From positions 33,425-97,424 of the forward strand of contig JAWQFM010000025.1 of assembly GCA_033442325.1 (NCBI GenBank): a DNA stretch of 64,000 nt, written 5' to 3'. How positions within the stretch are numbered: the stretch's first letter is position 1; each line of letters opens with the position of its first letter. The notes beneath the pieces are model-generated. The model searched no databases and was not told the DNA's origin. It saw only the letters and a program-made list of their open reading frames with translations. Positions 1 through 14,440 of this stretch are shown piece by piece. The translations under genes were made by a program, and so were the position numbers. This DNA comes from Salpingoeca rosetta (lineage: Eukaryota; Protista; Choanoflagellata).

Positions 1-2327
1 ACGGCCACCATCGTCATCGCTGATGGAGCAGAAAGAGGAGATGAAGTGGGGAAGAGTGGTGGGCACGGGCCGTGTCCTTCCTTGTCTTCATCGGTGCAGC
101 CCCAAACACGGTGCACCGCGCACAGGCACACGCAGGGTCATCATCACAGCAACAGCAACAGCAGCAGCGACAGCGAGCCTGCCTGCGTGTATGCCTGTGA
201 GGCAAGAAGAAACCAACCAGAGACGAACAACAACGATCGGTGATGGTGAGGACAGGAAAGGAGGGACACAAGGGACCACGCATGGGAATATGCAGCATGT
301 TGTGGGCGGGTACACCAGATGCACACAAGAACGACGAAGCAAGCGCCCAACAAGCAAGCAACCAGGCACACGATATCACATCCACCGTATCCACCACTGC
401 TGCAATACCTGTGTTGGCCGCTGTCTCGATCACGCCTCAACCGCTGCACATCACATGGGGAAGGCCGATGATGATGATGACACAGAGCAAAGGGGATTGG
501 TTGGGAAATGAGGAATGAAATTCGGTTGGGGAACCCCGCACAACGTCCGCCTGCAGCCACACACACACACACACACGCACATTTGAGTTGTGTGATTGAT
601 TCACGTGAGACACACGTCAGTGCAACCACCCCACAGCCAATGACTGCTCTGATGTGTTGGCATGCATCTGTAGATGCGTGTACGTGCGCGTACGTGCGTG
701 CGTTTGTGTACTACCACCCCATCACCGCACACACACAGCGCCAACGTTTCACCTTGCGCCTTCTTTTCTGGCACATTTGTGTGTGCGTGTATCGCCCTGC
801 TCGTGTCATGAGGACTTGGGAAGAGAACGGCCACCGTCCTGTGCAAATCACATGCATGTGCACATGCGCAAGCACAAAGAACCAAATCAGCAAGAATGAC
901 ACCACGCAGTGAGCCAGCATGGCAGAAACAAACCACATCCACCTCCTTTGTCACATTCACATCACCCACATCATCACCTGTGCACGCACATGTCACATCC
1001 CCAAACACAGATACACACCACCACAAGCAGCACACCTGCGCATGCGTGTGTGCATGTGCCGTCTACATCCACCACAAATCACTCACCAGCAGCGTCGTCA
1101 CGCGAGGCAACGGCACATCGACGCACATCACACCCTGTACGTATATGCGTGTGAAGAAAGAGGTGAGTTGTCACAGAATCCGGCTGTCAACGACATCAAC
1201 ACCCATTGCCAGCGCCAGCAGACCCAACAACGACATCCAACCAGCAATTCACAATCACACACATATACATGCTGTTGTTCACACCCAACACATCACACAC
1301 CACCCACATCACCACCACCACCACCATTCATCTCACCTCCACATCTATGGCCGCAGCCGCTGCTGTTGGTGACCAATGGCGACGAGGAGGTGGAGATAGA
1401 CGAGAGGCAGAGGGCCAGTTCATCCACAATGCAGCCACACATCAGCAGCTGCTGTTGTTGCTGCTGGTGGTGGAAACGGTGAAAACAAACGGCCCCTTGC
1501 CACGTCGTGTCCTTTGCTCGCTCGCTCGGCTGCTTGGTTGGTCGGTTGGATGCAGACGGAATGCATGGGCCTGTGTCCAAATCAATCGAAAAACAGGAGA
1601 GAAGAAGAAGAAAAGACACATGAGTGGACAGAACAGACAAGGAAAGAGGGAGGCGAAGAAGGGAACACAGCATGTCAACCAACGCACACACACACACACA
1701 CATATATCAGTCGCCCTTCTAACCTTCATCACTCATCATTGTCATCGTCGTTGGTTCCATCGCTTCATGCGCCTCCTCAACGCTGTGAATTGTGTGTGTG
1801 CACGGTCACAAGATGGGAAGAATGCAGCGGGCGTGAGGTTGACAGCGAAGCATCATCAACCACACGCCAGCCCCATCAACCACGCGCACTGACACACATC
1901 CACACGCACACATGTTGTCTCCACTCATCCCACCATCATGCATGCACACGCACATTGCTCACCTCTTCATGAGAGCGAGTGACATGTGCAATGTCTGCCT
2001 CACGCCAGATTGGGGCTGGTGGCGGCTGTGCAGTCGATGGCGGCTGTGCGGTCGATGGCGATGATGGTGATGACGATGACAGCGGAGCTGTGGTGGAAGA
2101 GAAGAAAGGAGAGAGAAATGGGGAAGGTTGATGTTGATGATGATGATTATGTGGCATTCATGGCGGCGGCTTTCCCTTCCTCTGATGTGGCCCTGGTGCC
2201 CATGTAACCAACACACAACGACAAGACACAACGACATCATCACACACAACACACAGGTATGGCATGTGAGCACAGCAGACGTGTTCACCTCCCTGCCCCT
2301 CCTCTGCTTTCCTCCTCCTCGCCCCAC

Positions 2328-2394
<67 letters not shown>

Positions 2395-4371
2395 GCACAT
2401 GACTGCGTCACTGTGGTTGGATGTGCCCCCCCCACGACCATGGACGTGTGTGTCCACAGCTGCTCCTCCCAATCCATCATGTGTGCACCCGCCCATCATC
2501 CTCCAACGATCCTCAGGCAGCCATCCCCTGCATACACACACACACACATGACATGTGAGTTGCACAGCGACACTGCTACGAGATACAACAGCAGCAGCAA
2601 CACCGTGCACACAGCAGCAACACCAACACATGCGCCATGTGCCAGCCAAAGCATGCATGATGGGCTCACCTTGCTAACGCATATGGGAACACTGCATGAG
2701 CACAGCAGCGGCAGCTGAATCGGGGTGGTTGCACCAGCAGCAGCCGGCATGCGAGCCCGTGGATGGGAACAGAACACGCAGAGCAAGCCATTATGTCAGC
2801 ACAGCAGAAAGTGTGATTGACATCACACGCACCACGTGTACGTGTGTGTGTGTGTGTGTGTGTGACCATCATCCCCCATCAACCCCTTTCTCTTGTTCGC
2901 TTCACCCCACCCATCACTACCACCATCACTATCAGCTCATCACACACCCAACCAAACACCGATCCCCACCCACATACCATGTGTGAAGCGAGTGCAGCTG
3001 GCACGCGTGTCAAGTATGCTCGACATTTCCCTCATCCTGCTGCCTGGAAGTGTGCATCACCTGCAAGTGTGTTTGTGTGCGAGCACCAGCATGGTGAGTG
3101 AGTGGGAGGGAAAGAGGGAGCATGGATATGTGCGCAGCCACACCGCTGCTGCTGTCACTGCTAATGCTGTGCATGCATGTGTGTGAAGAAGAAAGGGAAG
3201 AGAGAGAAAACAGAAAACAAAAGGGAAGGAATAAGACATGCTGCACCCCATCCATCCCTCTTCCTCACACCACCACCACACACCATCGTCCTCTGTCACC
3301 AGCCAGCCACACCACACCACACCACACCACACTCACCCAGCATCCCCCACCACACATCATCCCATCCATCCATTCATCCAACACACTCCTCCGTTTTCCC
3401 TCTTCTTCTCGCCCTCACCTGCTGCTGCTGGTGGTTCCAACCGAAAATGCAACTTGTGCTGTCGCCACCTGTTCCCAGCAGCAACCGCCAGCAGCAGTGG
3501 GCGATGGGTTGGTTGGCTGGTTGGTTGGTTGGTTGGCTGGTTGGTTGGTTGGGGAATGTGTTCAGCAGCAAGTGATGGTGGTGCATTCTCTGCCGCTGCT
3601 GCATCGGCGGTAGAGGGTGTGTTGGCTGCTGCTGTTGTTGTTGTGATGGCCGCCAGGGAGGGCGAGAAAGAGAGGGAAAGACGAACAGTGACTGCAAGGT
3701 GGAGAATGTGCAGGGGTGCAGGCAGTTGTGTGTGTGAGAACGAAGAGAGACAGCGCACCAAGCAAGGCAAAACAGGCAGCCACACCACACACATGCATGC
3801 GCAATGATGTGGAGCAACAAGGGGAGACAGGAGCAACAAAGACAACGAGCACAAACACGCACACTGGTGCGGTGTTCACCACACTCACACACATACATGT
3901 ACAGTGATGCACTCACGTTGTTCATCGCTTGCTTGCTTGCTTTGTGGTGTGGTGTGAGCTGCTGCTGCTGCTTCCACAGCCGCACAAGCGTGGCTGGACG
4001 GTCAGTCACATGGCAGCGCCCGTCTGTTCATCCCACCAGAGCAGTGGTGGTTGGTGCAGGAGGGGGTGACAGCTGCTGGCTCAAGGGCCCTATGTGTGGC
4101 GACAGCAAAAAGAAGGAAGGGGAAACGAGCAAGGGAGGAAGGTGGTGGTGGTGTTGAGGATGAGAGGAAAGGGTGTGGGCAAGAAAATGAGGAGGCGGTG
4201 ATGATGGCGTGTGGGTGGGTGGAGAAGACAACCCGCACGCCGACACACACACACACACACACACACCTGCCTGGGTGATGCAGTGGTTCGATCACCATTC
4301 ATCCGTCAGCATGTAGTCATTGTTGGTTGGTTGGTGGGAGTTGCCCACTGGCTCGCGCATCAGCCAGCACC

Positions 4372-4404
<33 letters not shown>

Positions 4405-4528
4405 AATACATTCATCTGCACGCACCACAAACAAACAAGCAACAACGGCAGCAGTGAGTAGCCTGTCACAGACAGACACAGAAAGAAGAAAGACAGGAGG
4501 AGGAGGATGAGCAGAAACACAACACCGT

Positions 4529-4580
<52 letters not shown>

Positions 4581-5157
4581 TGGCTGTGATGGTGGTTGAT
4601 GTCATTTCCCCCCCCCCCTCTGTCATGTGTGTGCTGCTCACTGGTTGAGAGGAAGCATGATCCATTCTCAGGGCTGCCCCTGCACGACGGTGGCTGCTGG
4701 CAGTTGTTCTGTCACCACACAACGGTGAGTGTGTGTGTGTGAGAGTGTGCATTGGTGTGTGCCACACGCAGTGGTGTGTGTTGGTTGTGATCCAATCACT
4801 CATGCACGGATGGATGGATCGATGGTGGTCCACATGTGTGTGTGGCTGTGTGTGCACGATGACAGCGTGCGCTGTGTTGTTGTTGTTGATGGTGGTGGTG
4901 GTGGTGGTTGCTGTGCGCAGTGTGCAAGGGGAAGAAGGGGAAGAGGAGGAGCACGAAGTGGGAGGAAGAAGTGGGAGCACTCCATCTCACCCTCACCTGT
5001 CGATGGATGGGTCATTCATGTGGTCGTTGGTTGGTTGGTTGGTTGGTTGGTTGTGCGTGGTTCATCACAGGAGAAGGAAATGGACAACGATGGAAGGAAG
5101 GAAAGAAGGATGGAAGGGAGAAGGGGAGGAGAGAGACGGTGTGCACACCCTCCCTGC

Positions 5158-5207
<50 letters not shown>

Positions 5208-5600
5208 GTGCGTCAGCGAGGACGACGAAGGGAAGGAAAGGAAGGAAGAGAAGGAACGTGGCACGCACAACCACCAATGTGTGTGTGTGTGTGCACGAAC
5301 CAATGACACATCCCCCACCTCACTCCACCTCACCTCATCTCACCTGCCTGTCAGCGATGACGACGACCATGATCACCATCACCATTCCCACCACCATCAC
5401 ACACACACCAGCTGCTCAGCAGAAGAAGAAGAATGAAGCAACGGCGAGTGGATTGGTTGGTTGGTTGGTTGGAAAGCAGAATCGGTTGTTTGCTCGTTTC
5501 TGCTTGCTGCTGCTGGTTTTTGGTGTGTGTGCGATTTTCCTCTTCTTCTTGCTTGCTTGCTGGCTCTGCGTTGATAAATTGCTTGCCTTTCACCGCTCTC

Positions 5601-5719
5601 GGCAACGCTCATACCAACGGGATCACGCCCGCTCTCGTCCGATCGCGGAAGCTAAGCCCGTTTGGGCCCGTTCAGTACTGCCGTGGGTGACCAGGCGGGA
5701 ATCACGGGTGATGTTGCTA
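5601..5719 (+). rRNA. 5S rRNA: 5S ribosomal RNA gene (solitary copy)
   Basis: GGCAACGCTCATACC...CTCGTCCGATCGCGGAAGCTAAGC...AGTACT...GGGTGACC...GGGAAT...GGGTGATGTTGCT follows the eukaryotic 5S consensus, including box A (AGCTAAGC). Stems are preserved (GGCAAC/GTTGCT, CCAACGGG/CCCGTTTGG). About 119 nt, followed by a T-run. Confidence 0.95.
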
Positions 5720-5725
5720 TCTTCC

Positions 5726-5733
5726 TTTTTTTT
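5726..5733 (+). terminator. RNA polymerase III oligo-T terminator of the 5S gene
   Basis: T8 run a few nt downstream of the 5S 3' end. Confidence 0.75.
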
Positions 5734-5952
5734 CTCTCTTCATATGGGGTGCTGTAGCTGCTGTGGCGCTTGCTGTCTCTCCTTCACTTCCCTCTTCTCT
5801 CTTGTCTTAGCTTGTTGCTTGGTTCGGTTTACTTCTTCTTCTTCTTCTTCTTTGCTTGCTGACTGAGTTGCTTCAACTTGGGGGTGACGAGGTGGTGGCG
5901 TGTGTTGGCTCATCTCCCTCTCTCTTGTTGCTTGACTGTAGCGTTGCTTTGC

Positions 5953-5990
<38 letters not shown>

Positions 5991-6400
5991 TTGCCTGACA
6001 TCGTGTCTTCTCAACGCGTTTACTTCCATGTACTGACGCAGAGGAATCACACACAGGTGGGCTGAACTAATGAACTAGTGACAGAGCTGATCTTGGTTAC
6101 GCTGTTAAGACATCTTCGTCCTCTCCTCATCCTCCTCATCCTCATCATCACACGCAAACACATCACATGGGGGCATTGTCCTTGGCCGTCTTTCGTCGGT
6201 GGGCGAGGGGTGTTGCACCATACAGACTCCTGCATCACATCGTGTGGCGTGTCATTGGGCGTGTCGGACGCCAGCCCTTCCACTTGCATCTTCCCCCTGC
6301 GAGCATTTGTGTGTGTGTGTGTGCCCATGAAGGTGTTGGTGGTGGCAGCGAGATGTTGTGAGGTGACCGTGCTGATTCGCACCCCTTCACACGATCCCCT

Positions 6401-8331
<1,931 letters not shown>

Positions 8332-8429
8332 GCACACACCTACCTGTGTCAGTACCGTGGATCGACGAGGAGGAATGTGATGGACGAGCCAGGGCATGCG
8401 ACACAGCAAGTCGTTGCCAGCCAGCACTC

Positions 8430-8960
8430 ACCACCGTACCACTTCTAGGAACGAACAGGATTGTTGCGTCCACCGCGCTTGCGGCTGGATCAACGATGAG
8501 GATGGATGGCGAGTTGCATGGAATGCCGTGGCAGGAAAAGGTCATTGTCCACAGCCATGCCGCTGCTCCACTTGCATCCGCCGTGTAGCAGTTCATCAAG
8601 CGTGCTTGTGTCTGCTGTGTTCGTGCTGCGATCAGTGGTCAGACCCGTAGAGGAGGGTGTTGTGAGACAGCCAGCACGCCGTCTGCAGTGCCCACATGGC
8701 TCAACCGGTTTGCAGACTGTTGATGGTGGTCGTGTCAACCACTGCTGTTGTTGCTGCTGCTGTCACTGCTGTCACTGCTGTTGTTGATGGGCTGATGATG
8801 AGCACAGAGGTGGTGGGAGTTGCGTCAAAAGGAGGGATGCCGTAGCTGAGGCCGTTGCTGGCGACGACGCCACCTAACCCCAATCGCAGTTGCCAGTGCC
8901 CTTGCCGAGTGCATCTTGGATGCTGTTGCCAGACGGTGGGCTGATTGACAGTGTTTGTGG
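8430..8960 (-). pseudogene. Degenerate copy of the GGVLAxNG beta-propeller repeat family (paralogue of 39722-40912 and 55516-56817)
   Basis: Fragments in shifting frames: LGKGTGNCDWG / GGVVASNGLSYGIPPFDATPTTSVLIISPST / GCKWSSGMAVDNDLF / HGIPCNSPSILIVDPAASAVDATI, matching the repeat consensus of the intact paralogues. Confidence 0.75.
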
Positions 8961-9399
8961 CTTGTCACACATGTGTATGCAACGGGCCAAGAAGGAGACT
9001 TGTTTATGGTTGTTCGCTGCTTGCTGGCTGGCTTGCCGTGCACTTGTCGTGCTTTTGTCCCGGTCGCAAGCAGCACAGCAGTTGTTACCCCCTTCCCTTT
9101 CGTTCCTCCACGCAGAGCACTGCTCCATCAAGCCGTTCGCCCCTGCCTGTGCGTATCTGTGCGTGTGTGTGTCTGTGCGTCCATCACACAGCAGTGAACC
9201 CCTTTCAACAACAAAGCAGAAAGTGCTGACTCGGCACAATTCTGTTTGTGTTTGTGTTTTGTGGGGAAGAAGGCAAGAAGGAAGATGCGTGCAACGGCAG
9301 TGACAGTGCTGCTGTGGTTGGTTGGTGGCAGTGTGCTGTGTGCTGTGGTGCTGCTGCTCAGCCGCCGTGGCGAGCGTCGTCTCCATTGCACCAAGATCA

Positions 9400-9513
<114 letters not shown>

Positions 9514-9599
9514 CGACTTGCATGCCCATCCCCTCGTCCCATCGCTGCGCTCACCTACCAACACCTCTCCCCCCCCCTCCACATACACACACACTCGCA

Positions 9600-9782
9600 C
9601 AGACCGCGCTGACAATCAAGACGTTTGCGTTTGCTGGCAACATGGCGCAGACATCCATGACGTGTGATGCGTGTGCCACGCTTCTGCTACACCTTCAACT
9701 TTTCCCCTCAAGCGCCGTTGAGTACGGCTACCAATGCTTCTTCTGCGAACACCCAAGCTGAATTCCACCGCGCAGTCTCGGC

Positions 9783-9822
<40 letters not shown>

Positions 9823-10206
9823 TGTGTGTCTGTGTGTGTCTGTGTCTGTGTGTGTGTGTGTCTGTGTGTGTGTCTGTGTCTGTGTGTGTGTGTGTGTGTC
9901 TGTAACGCTTTAATGTGTGCTAATATAATTCTCACCACCTCCCCCCCAACACTCGGAAGACCATAATCTCTCCATATGCATTAGTATGTTCTATGGATAT
10001 AAATAATCTCCCCGATAAACATTACATAAAAAACAACCNNNNNNNNNNNNNNNNNNNNNNNNNNNNNNNNNNNNNNNNNNNNNNNNNNNNNNNNNNNNNN
10101 NNNNNNNNNNNNNNNNNNNNNNNNNNNNNNNNNNNNNNNNNNNNNNNNNNNNNNNNNNNNNNNNNNNNNNNNNNNNNNNNNNNNNNNNNNNNNNNNNNNN
10201 NNNNNN

Positions 10207-10255
<49 letters not shown>

Positions 10256-11434
10256 TGCTATGTCGGCTGCTTCTTGATCAAAGCTCCTGTCGCTCATTCC
10301 CTCCCTCCTCGTCCCCCACCGGTCTTTCGCTTCCAGGTCATATCCACGGAGATGCGCGCCTTCAACAATCTCAACTGGCACAGGGGTGGCGGCGTCTTGC
10401 AGACGATCGGACTCACAGGTGCCCCCTTCATCACGTGTTGCTGATGCTGGTGCACACACCACACCCATGCGATCACTCTAGAACAGTCGCACGCATTGCC
10501 CCCAACCCCAACCCCCTTCACACTCACACTCACTCACACACTCACTTTGCAGGCCCACGCCCTCGCCTTCACTGCACCCCTCTCTACCTCTGAGATCCCT
10601 TCTTGAGCGGCGATTGCGCTGTTGCTTACGTGGCCGGCTGCCAGGATGGCTCGGACAGGAAGTACGAAGAAAATGACAGCAGGTACGTGCACGCATCCAA
10701 CCTCACACATGTGTGTATGTAAATGCGCACAACCGTGTCAGCGACGCTGCGTCATTTGCACCCGTGGTCGCGGTCGTGTCATTTACACTGCTGTCACCAC
10801 TCCATCGCGTTTTGTAGGTCTCAAACACGTTGACGCGTACTCGGTTGAGACAAACCGCATGGGATTCAACGGGAACATCTCCACCTTTGATCTCTGGGAC
10901 ACCGAGGTGTGCATGTGTGTGTGTGTATGTATGTGTGTGTGTGTGTCAGCTCGTGTACTTCCCATCAGAAGTTCTTGTCAGTTCGTCCACGCCACCATGC
11001 CTGCGCCATCTCTCTCACCTTCCACCTCCTAACCCCTAACCCACTCCTCTCTGCCATGTGTCTCATGTGCAGTGCAAGCACGGGCACTCACTGCCATGTG
11101 CTCGTTCGCCAGCATCAAATGTGTGTCATCGTGTGCGAACGCGATGCTGCTAAATGACGTCGTGCGCGGACAGTGGAAGCGTGACATAGTGACAGTTGGA
11201 ACAGACTGCAGTGCGATTTGCAAACATGGTCAACGCCAACAAGTACGCCCGCGACCCCGTCGACGCCGTCGCGAAGACGCTGAACCGCGGCGCGGATATG
11301 GAGCTCGGGGAGACATACTTCACCACAACCGGCTACTTGGGGCAGGCTGTGCAGCACAACCGCATGACAATCAACACGGTGCACAACAACACCGTGCGGC
11401 GGGTCCTCAAGGATAGCTCCATCACGAGCCAACG
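9600..11434 (+). pseudogene. WSC-domain + glycoside hydrolase family 3 (beta-xylosidase/glucosidase-like) remnant, truncated and frameshifted, spanning a gap
   Basis: WSC-like SMTCDACA...AVEYGYQCFFC. GH3 motifs VISTEMRAFNN...GLT, DPFLSGDCAVAYVAGCQ, LKHVDAYSVETNRMGFNGNISTFDLWDT, AMCSFASIKCVSSCAN..LLNDVVRGQW...TDCSAI, then a frameshift at ~11219 into ANMVNANKY...GADMELG. The WGR..ETPGE segment and the C-terminal domain are missing. Confidence 0.8.
10038..10206. other. Assembly gap (N)
   Basis: Run of N. Confidence 1.
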
Positions 11435-11454
11435 GTATGTTTACATGTGTTGGC

Positions 11455-11528
<74 letters not shown>

Positions 11529-11682
11529 CGTGCGTGTGTGTGTGCACGCTTGTCCTCAAAGTCTCCGATTAGTTTTGTGCCTCTGAGAAGATGAAGCGGT
11601 GCACGGTTCCTCAATACTCACAACCGTGTTGTCATTGCCTCTCATGCCATCCTCCCCTCCACCCCCACGCCCTCCCCTCCAG

Positions 11683-14440
11683 GCATCGATGAGTGCACGG
11701 CCTGCGGACGCAACCCTCACCTCCAATAACGGCCGCTGCATCAGCGAGTGCCCCGACGGCGGGCATGAGCTCGGCAACGGGTGTGCCGAATGCCAACTCC
11801 ACGCGTGTGCCAAGTGCCACACCACCAGACGCCACCGACTGCCTCCTCTGCCACGGCAACCTCACCAGTCGTGCATTGCCCATTGCCCTCTCAACTACTA
11901 CGCCAAGGACCACCGCTGCGTGCCATGCACCACGTGCGGCATGGGTACCTGGGCCTCCACCCCATGCTCCTTGTCCTCTGACGCCGTCTGCTCCCCCCTG
12001 AACCGAGTGCAAGCCGGGCCAGAAGGAGTTTGTCTCTGGCAACGCCGTGCGCGACCGTGCATGCGTGAGCTGCACCCTTTGGCATGGAGTACCAGCCGCC
12101 GCCGGACCGCGCCTCGTGCTTACCCACCAGTGCGTGCGAGGAGCCCTTCATCGAGACCATCCCGCCCACGCTCACCACAGACTGCCTGTGCTCCTGCGAC
12201 ACACTCACCTGCAACAAGCTCATCACGCAGCTGTTTGAGGAGATGGTGTGCGCCGAGCCCATGGACGAGCAGCTCGACGTCGTGCTTGACGTGTGCTGCT
12301 CCGGCCAGGGCGAGGATGGCATCCGCGACACCATTCGCCAGATGGATGCCGACGAGGCACGCCGCTCCTGCACAGGCTGCACAGACACGTGCGAGTGCAG
12401 CGCAGGCTTCATCCTTGTCTACGACGCCGACTCGGCCGACTGTCGGCCGTGCGACAGCGTGACGGAGTTCTCCCCATCCATTGGCGGCAGCAGGTGCGAG
12501 CCTACTGAGGAGTGCGAGCGCGGCCAGGAGGAGGTTGCCGCGCCAACCCGCTGCTCCTCGGACCGCGTGTGCCGCGACTGCCCGGCCGGCACCATCGACG
12601 AGGACAGTGACGGCTCCGCGGGTTGCCAGCCAGATATGCCCCGCCGGCCACTGCACGGAGGCGGGCTCCCACGGCTCCTGCTCCACCTTCACTTGCCGCG
12701 CAGGTACGCGCGACCATCATGACAGCGACCCCGCCACCCCATGCAAGGACGTCACAGAGTGCGCGTCCGGGTTTGAGGAGGTGCAAGCCATGACACTCCT
12801 CATCAGCGACCGTGTCTGCGACGAGTGCCCGGAGGGCACGTACAAGGCTGTCTGGCCAGGGCGTGCCCTGTCTCCCCGTCACCACGTGCGACGCCGGCGA
12901 GGAGGAGACGGTCAAACCCACCCCCACGAGCGACCGCGTGTGCGGCCAGTGCGAACTTGGCGCCACCTTCAAGCCCGTCGACGGCCAGGCCGAGTCGTGC
13001 CGCCCCGTCACGCAGTGCGGTCCAGATGAGGAAGAGATATTCGCTTTGTGAACCCACGCGCCAGCGCGAACGTCTCTGCCGCAAGTGCGTCCAGGACACG
13101 TGCGTGCCCGTGTCGCGTTGCGCTGCCTCAGAGTACATGTCCACGCATGGCCGTGAGCAAGTGCGAGTTTGGCACGTTCCAGAAGCCAGGCGCCCACGCT
13201 CGACTCTGACCGCGAGTGCGCGCTGGAGTGCTCCGAGTGCCCCAGCGGCCGCTTCGAGATTCGCGCCTGCTCCACGCTGGAGAACGTGCAGTGCGCTGGC
13301 TGCTCTGCGTGACCGCCGAACACATACATCCTGCGCGCCTGCAACTCAGAGAACGACGTGTCGTGCCAGCAGTGCAGCATGTGCTCCGATGAGCAGTACC
13401 GCAGCGCGCCATGCACCGCCACCAGCAACGACACGGGAAAGTGCACGACGCTCGACGTGTGCGACTAGGACCAGTTTGAGCTCTTCCCCACCGCCACGCC
13501 AACCGCGGACCGCATCTGCTGCGACCTGACCCAGTGCAACCCGTCGACGGAGTGCGAGCGCACCACCTGTGCCACCTCATCACCAAGTGCGACCCTGGCG
13601 AGCAGCGCATCCGCGCCCACCTCCACCTCCAACACCAAGTGCGAGCTGTGCCCCATCGGCACCATCGACCACGACGGCAACCCGCTCACCGCCTGCCAGC
13701 CGTGCCTCCTACGGCCACTATGTGCCTGCGGGATCCATCGGCTCCTGCGAGCAGTTCCTGTGCCCAGCCGGCACCGCCAACCTGGACCGCAACGCTAGCA
13801 CGCTGTGCACGCCGTGCCAGGTTGGCGTGGACTTTGCCGCCCTCTCTCTGGTCAGCGCGATTGCACACCTGTGGCGGAGTGCAACCTTGGCTACGAGGAG
13901 GTCGTGCGCCCTACTATGCGCCCCACCATCAACACGGACCACCAGTGCCGCCGCTGCATCGAGGGCCTGTTCTACTGCGACGGCAACATGGACTTCTGCA
14001 CGCGCGGATGTCGCCCTGCGAGCCTGGCTCCTTTGCGACGGCTGCGCACACCATCAGCACTCACCGCGAGTGCCAGATGGCCCGCACGTGCCCCAACAAC
14101 ACCACGTTCATCTCGCGCCCGCTCACGCCCACGCTGCAGAAATACAGGCATCTGCTCGCCGTAAATGCAGTGTCTGTCCAACGAGTACGAGCTCGTTGAC
14201 ACGCAGTCGCGCCGCGAGGCGTTTGAGGCCGCGCTGGTGCAGTCCATCAACATGACGCAGGACGCGTCGCAGATTCATTCTGCGCATCGACGTGCGCCAG
14301 GGCTCCGTCATCGCCACCGTCGCTTCCCTCAACGAGGACATTACGGTGTGCCTCTTCAGCTTGTTCGTCTCTGGCGACATCACTGATATGGGCTCCACCG
14401 CATCGCAGTGCGAGGCCGACGCGTTCCTGGAACCTCGTCT
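11683..14440 (+). pseudogene. Cys-rich repeat surface-protein remnant (furin-like and TNFR-Cys/ephrin-receptor-like repeats) with many frameshifts
   Basis: Repeated Cys motifs (CISECPDG, CxPxTxC..G.EE...PT.TSDRVC, CP.GT.DHD.DP.T.C) that switch frame many times, with in-frame stops. Confidence 0.75.

Noticed and set aside
4278-4306. tRNA T-arm/B-box-like GTGGTTCGATCACCATT
   Set aside because: No 5' half, D-arm or anticodon arm (CA repeat upstream); cannot form a cloverleaf.
1-5580. Many 60-380 aa ORFs in the first 5.5 kb
   Set aside because: They are translations of CA/GT, CCA, TGGT and CAG microsatellites with no recognisable domain or coherent exon chain.
9900-10037. AT-rich, atypical sequence before the gap (similar at 34819-34890)
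   Set aside because: Directly adjacent to N-gaps; most likely low-quality read ends.
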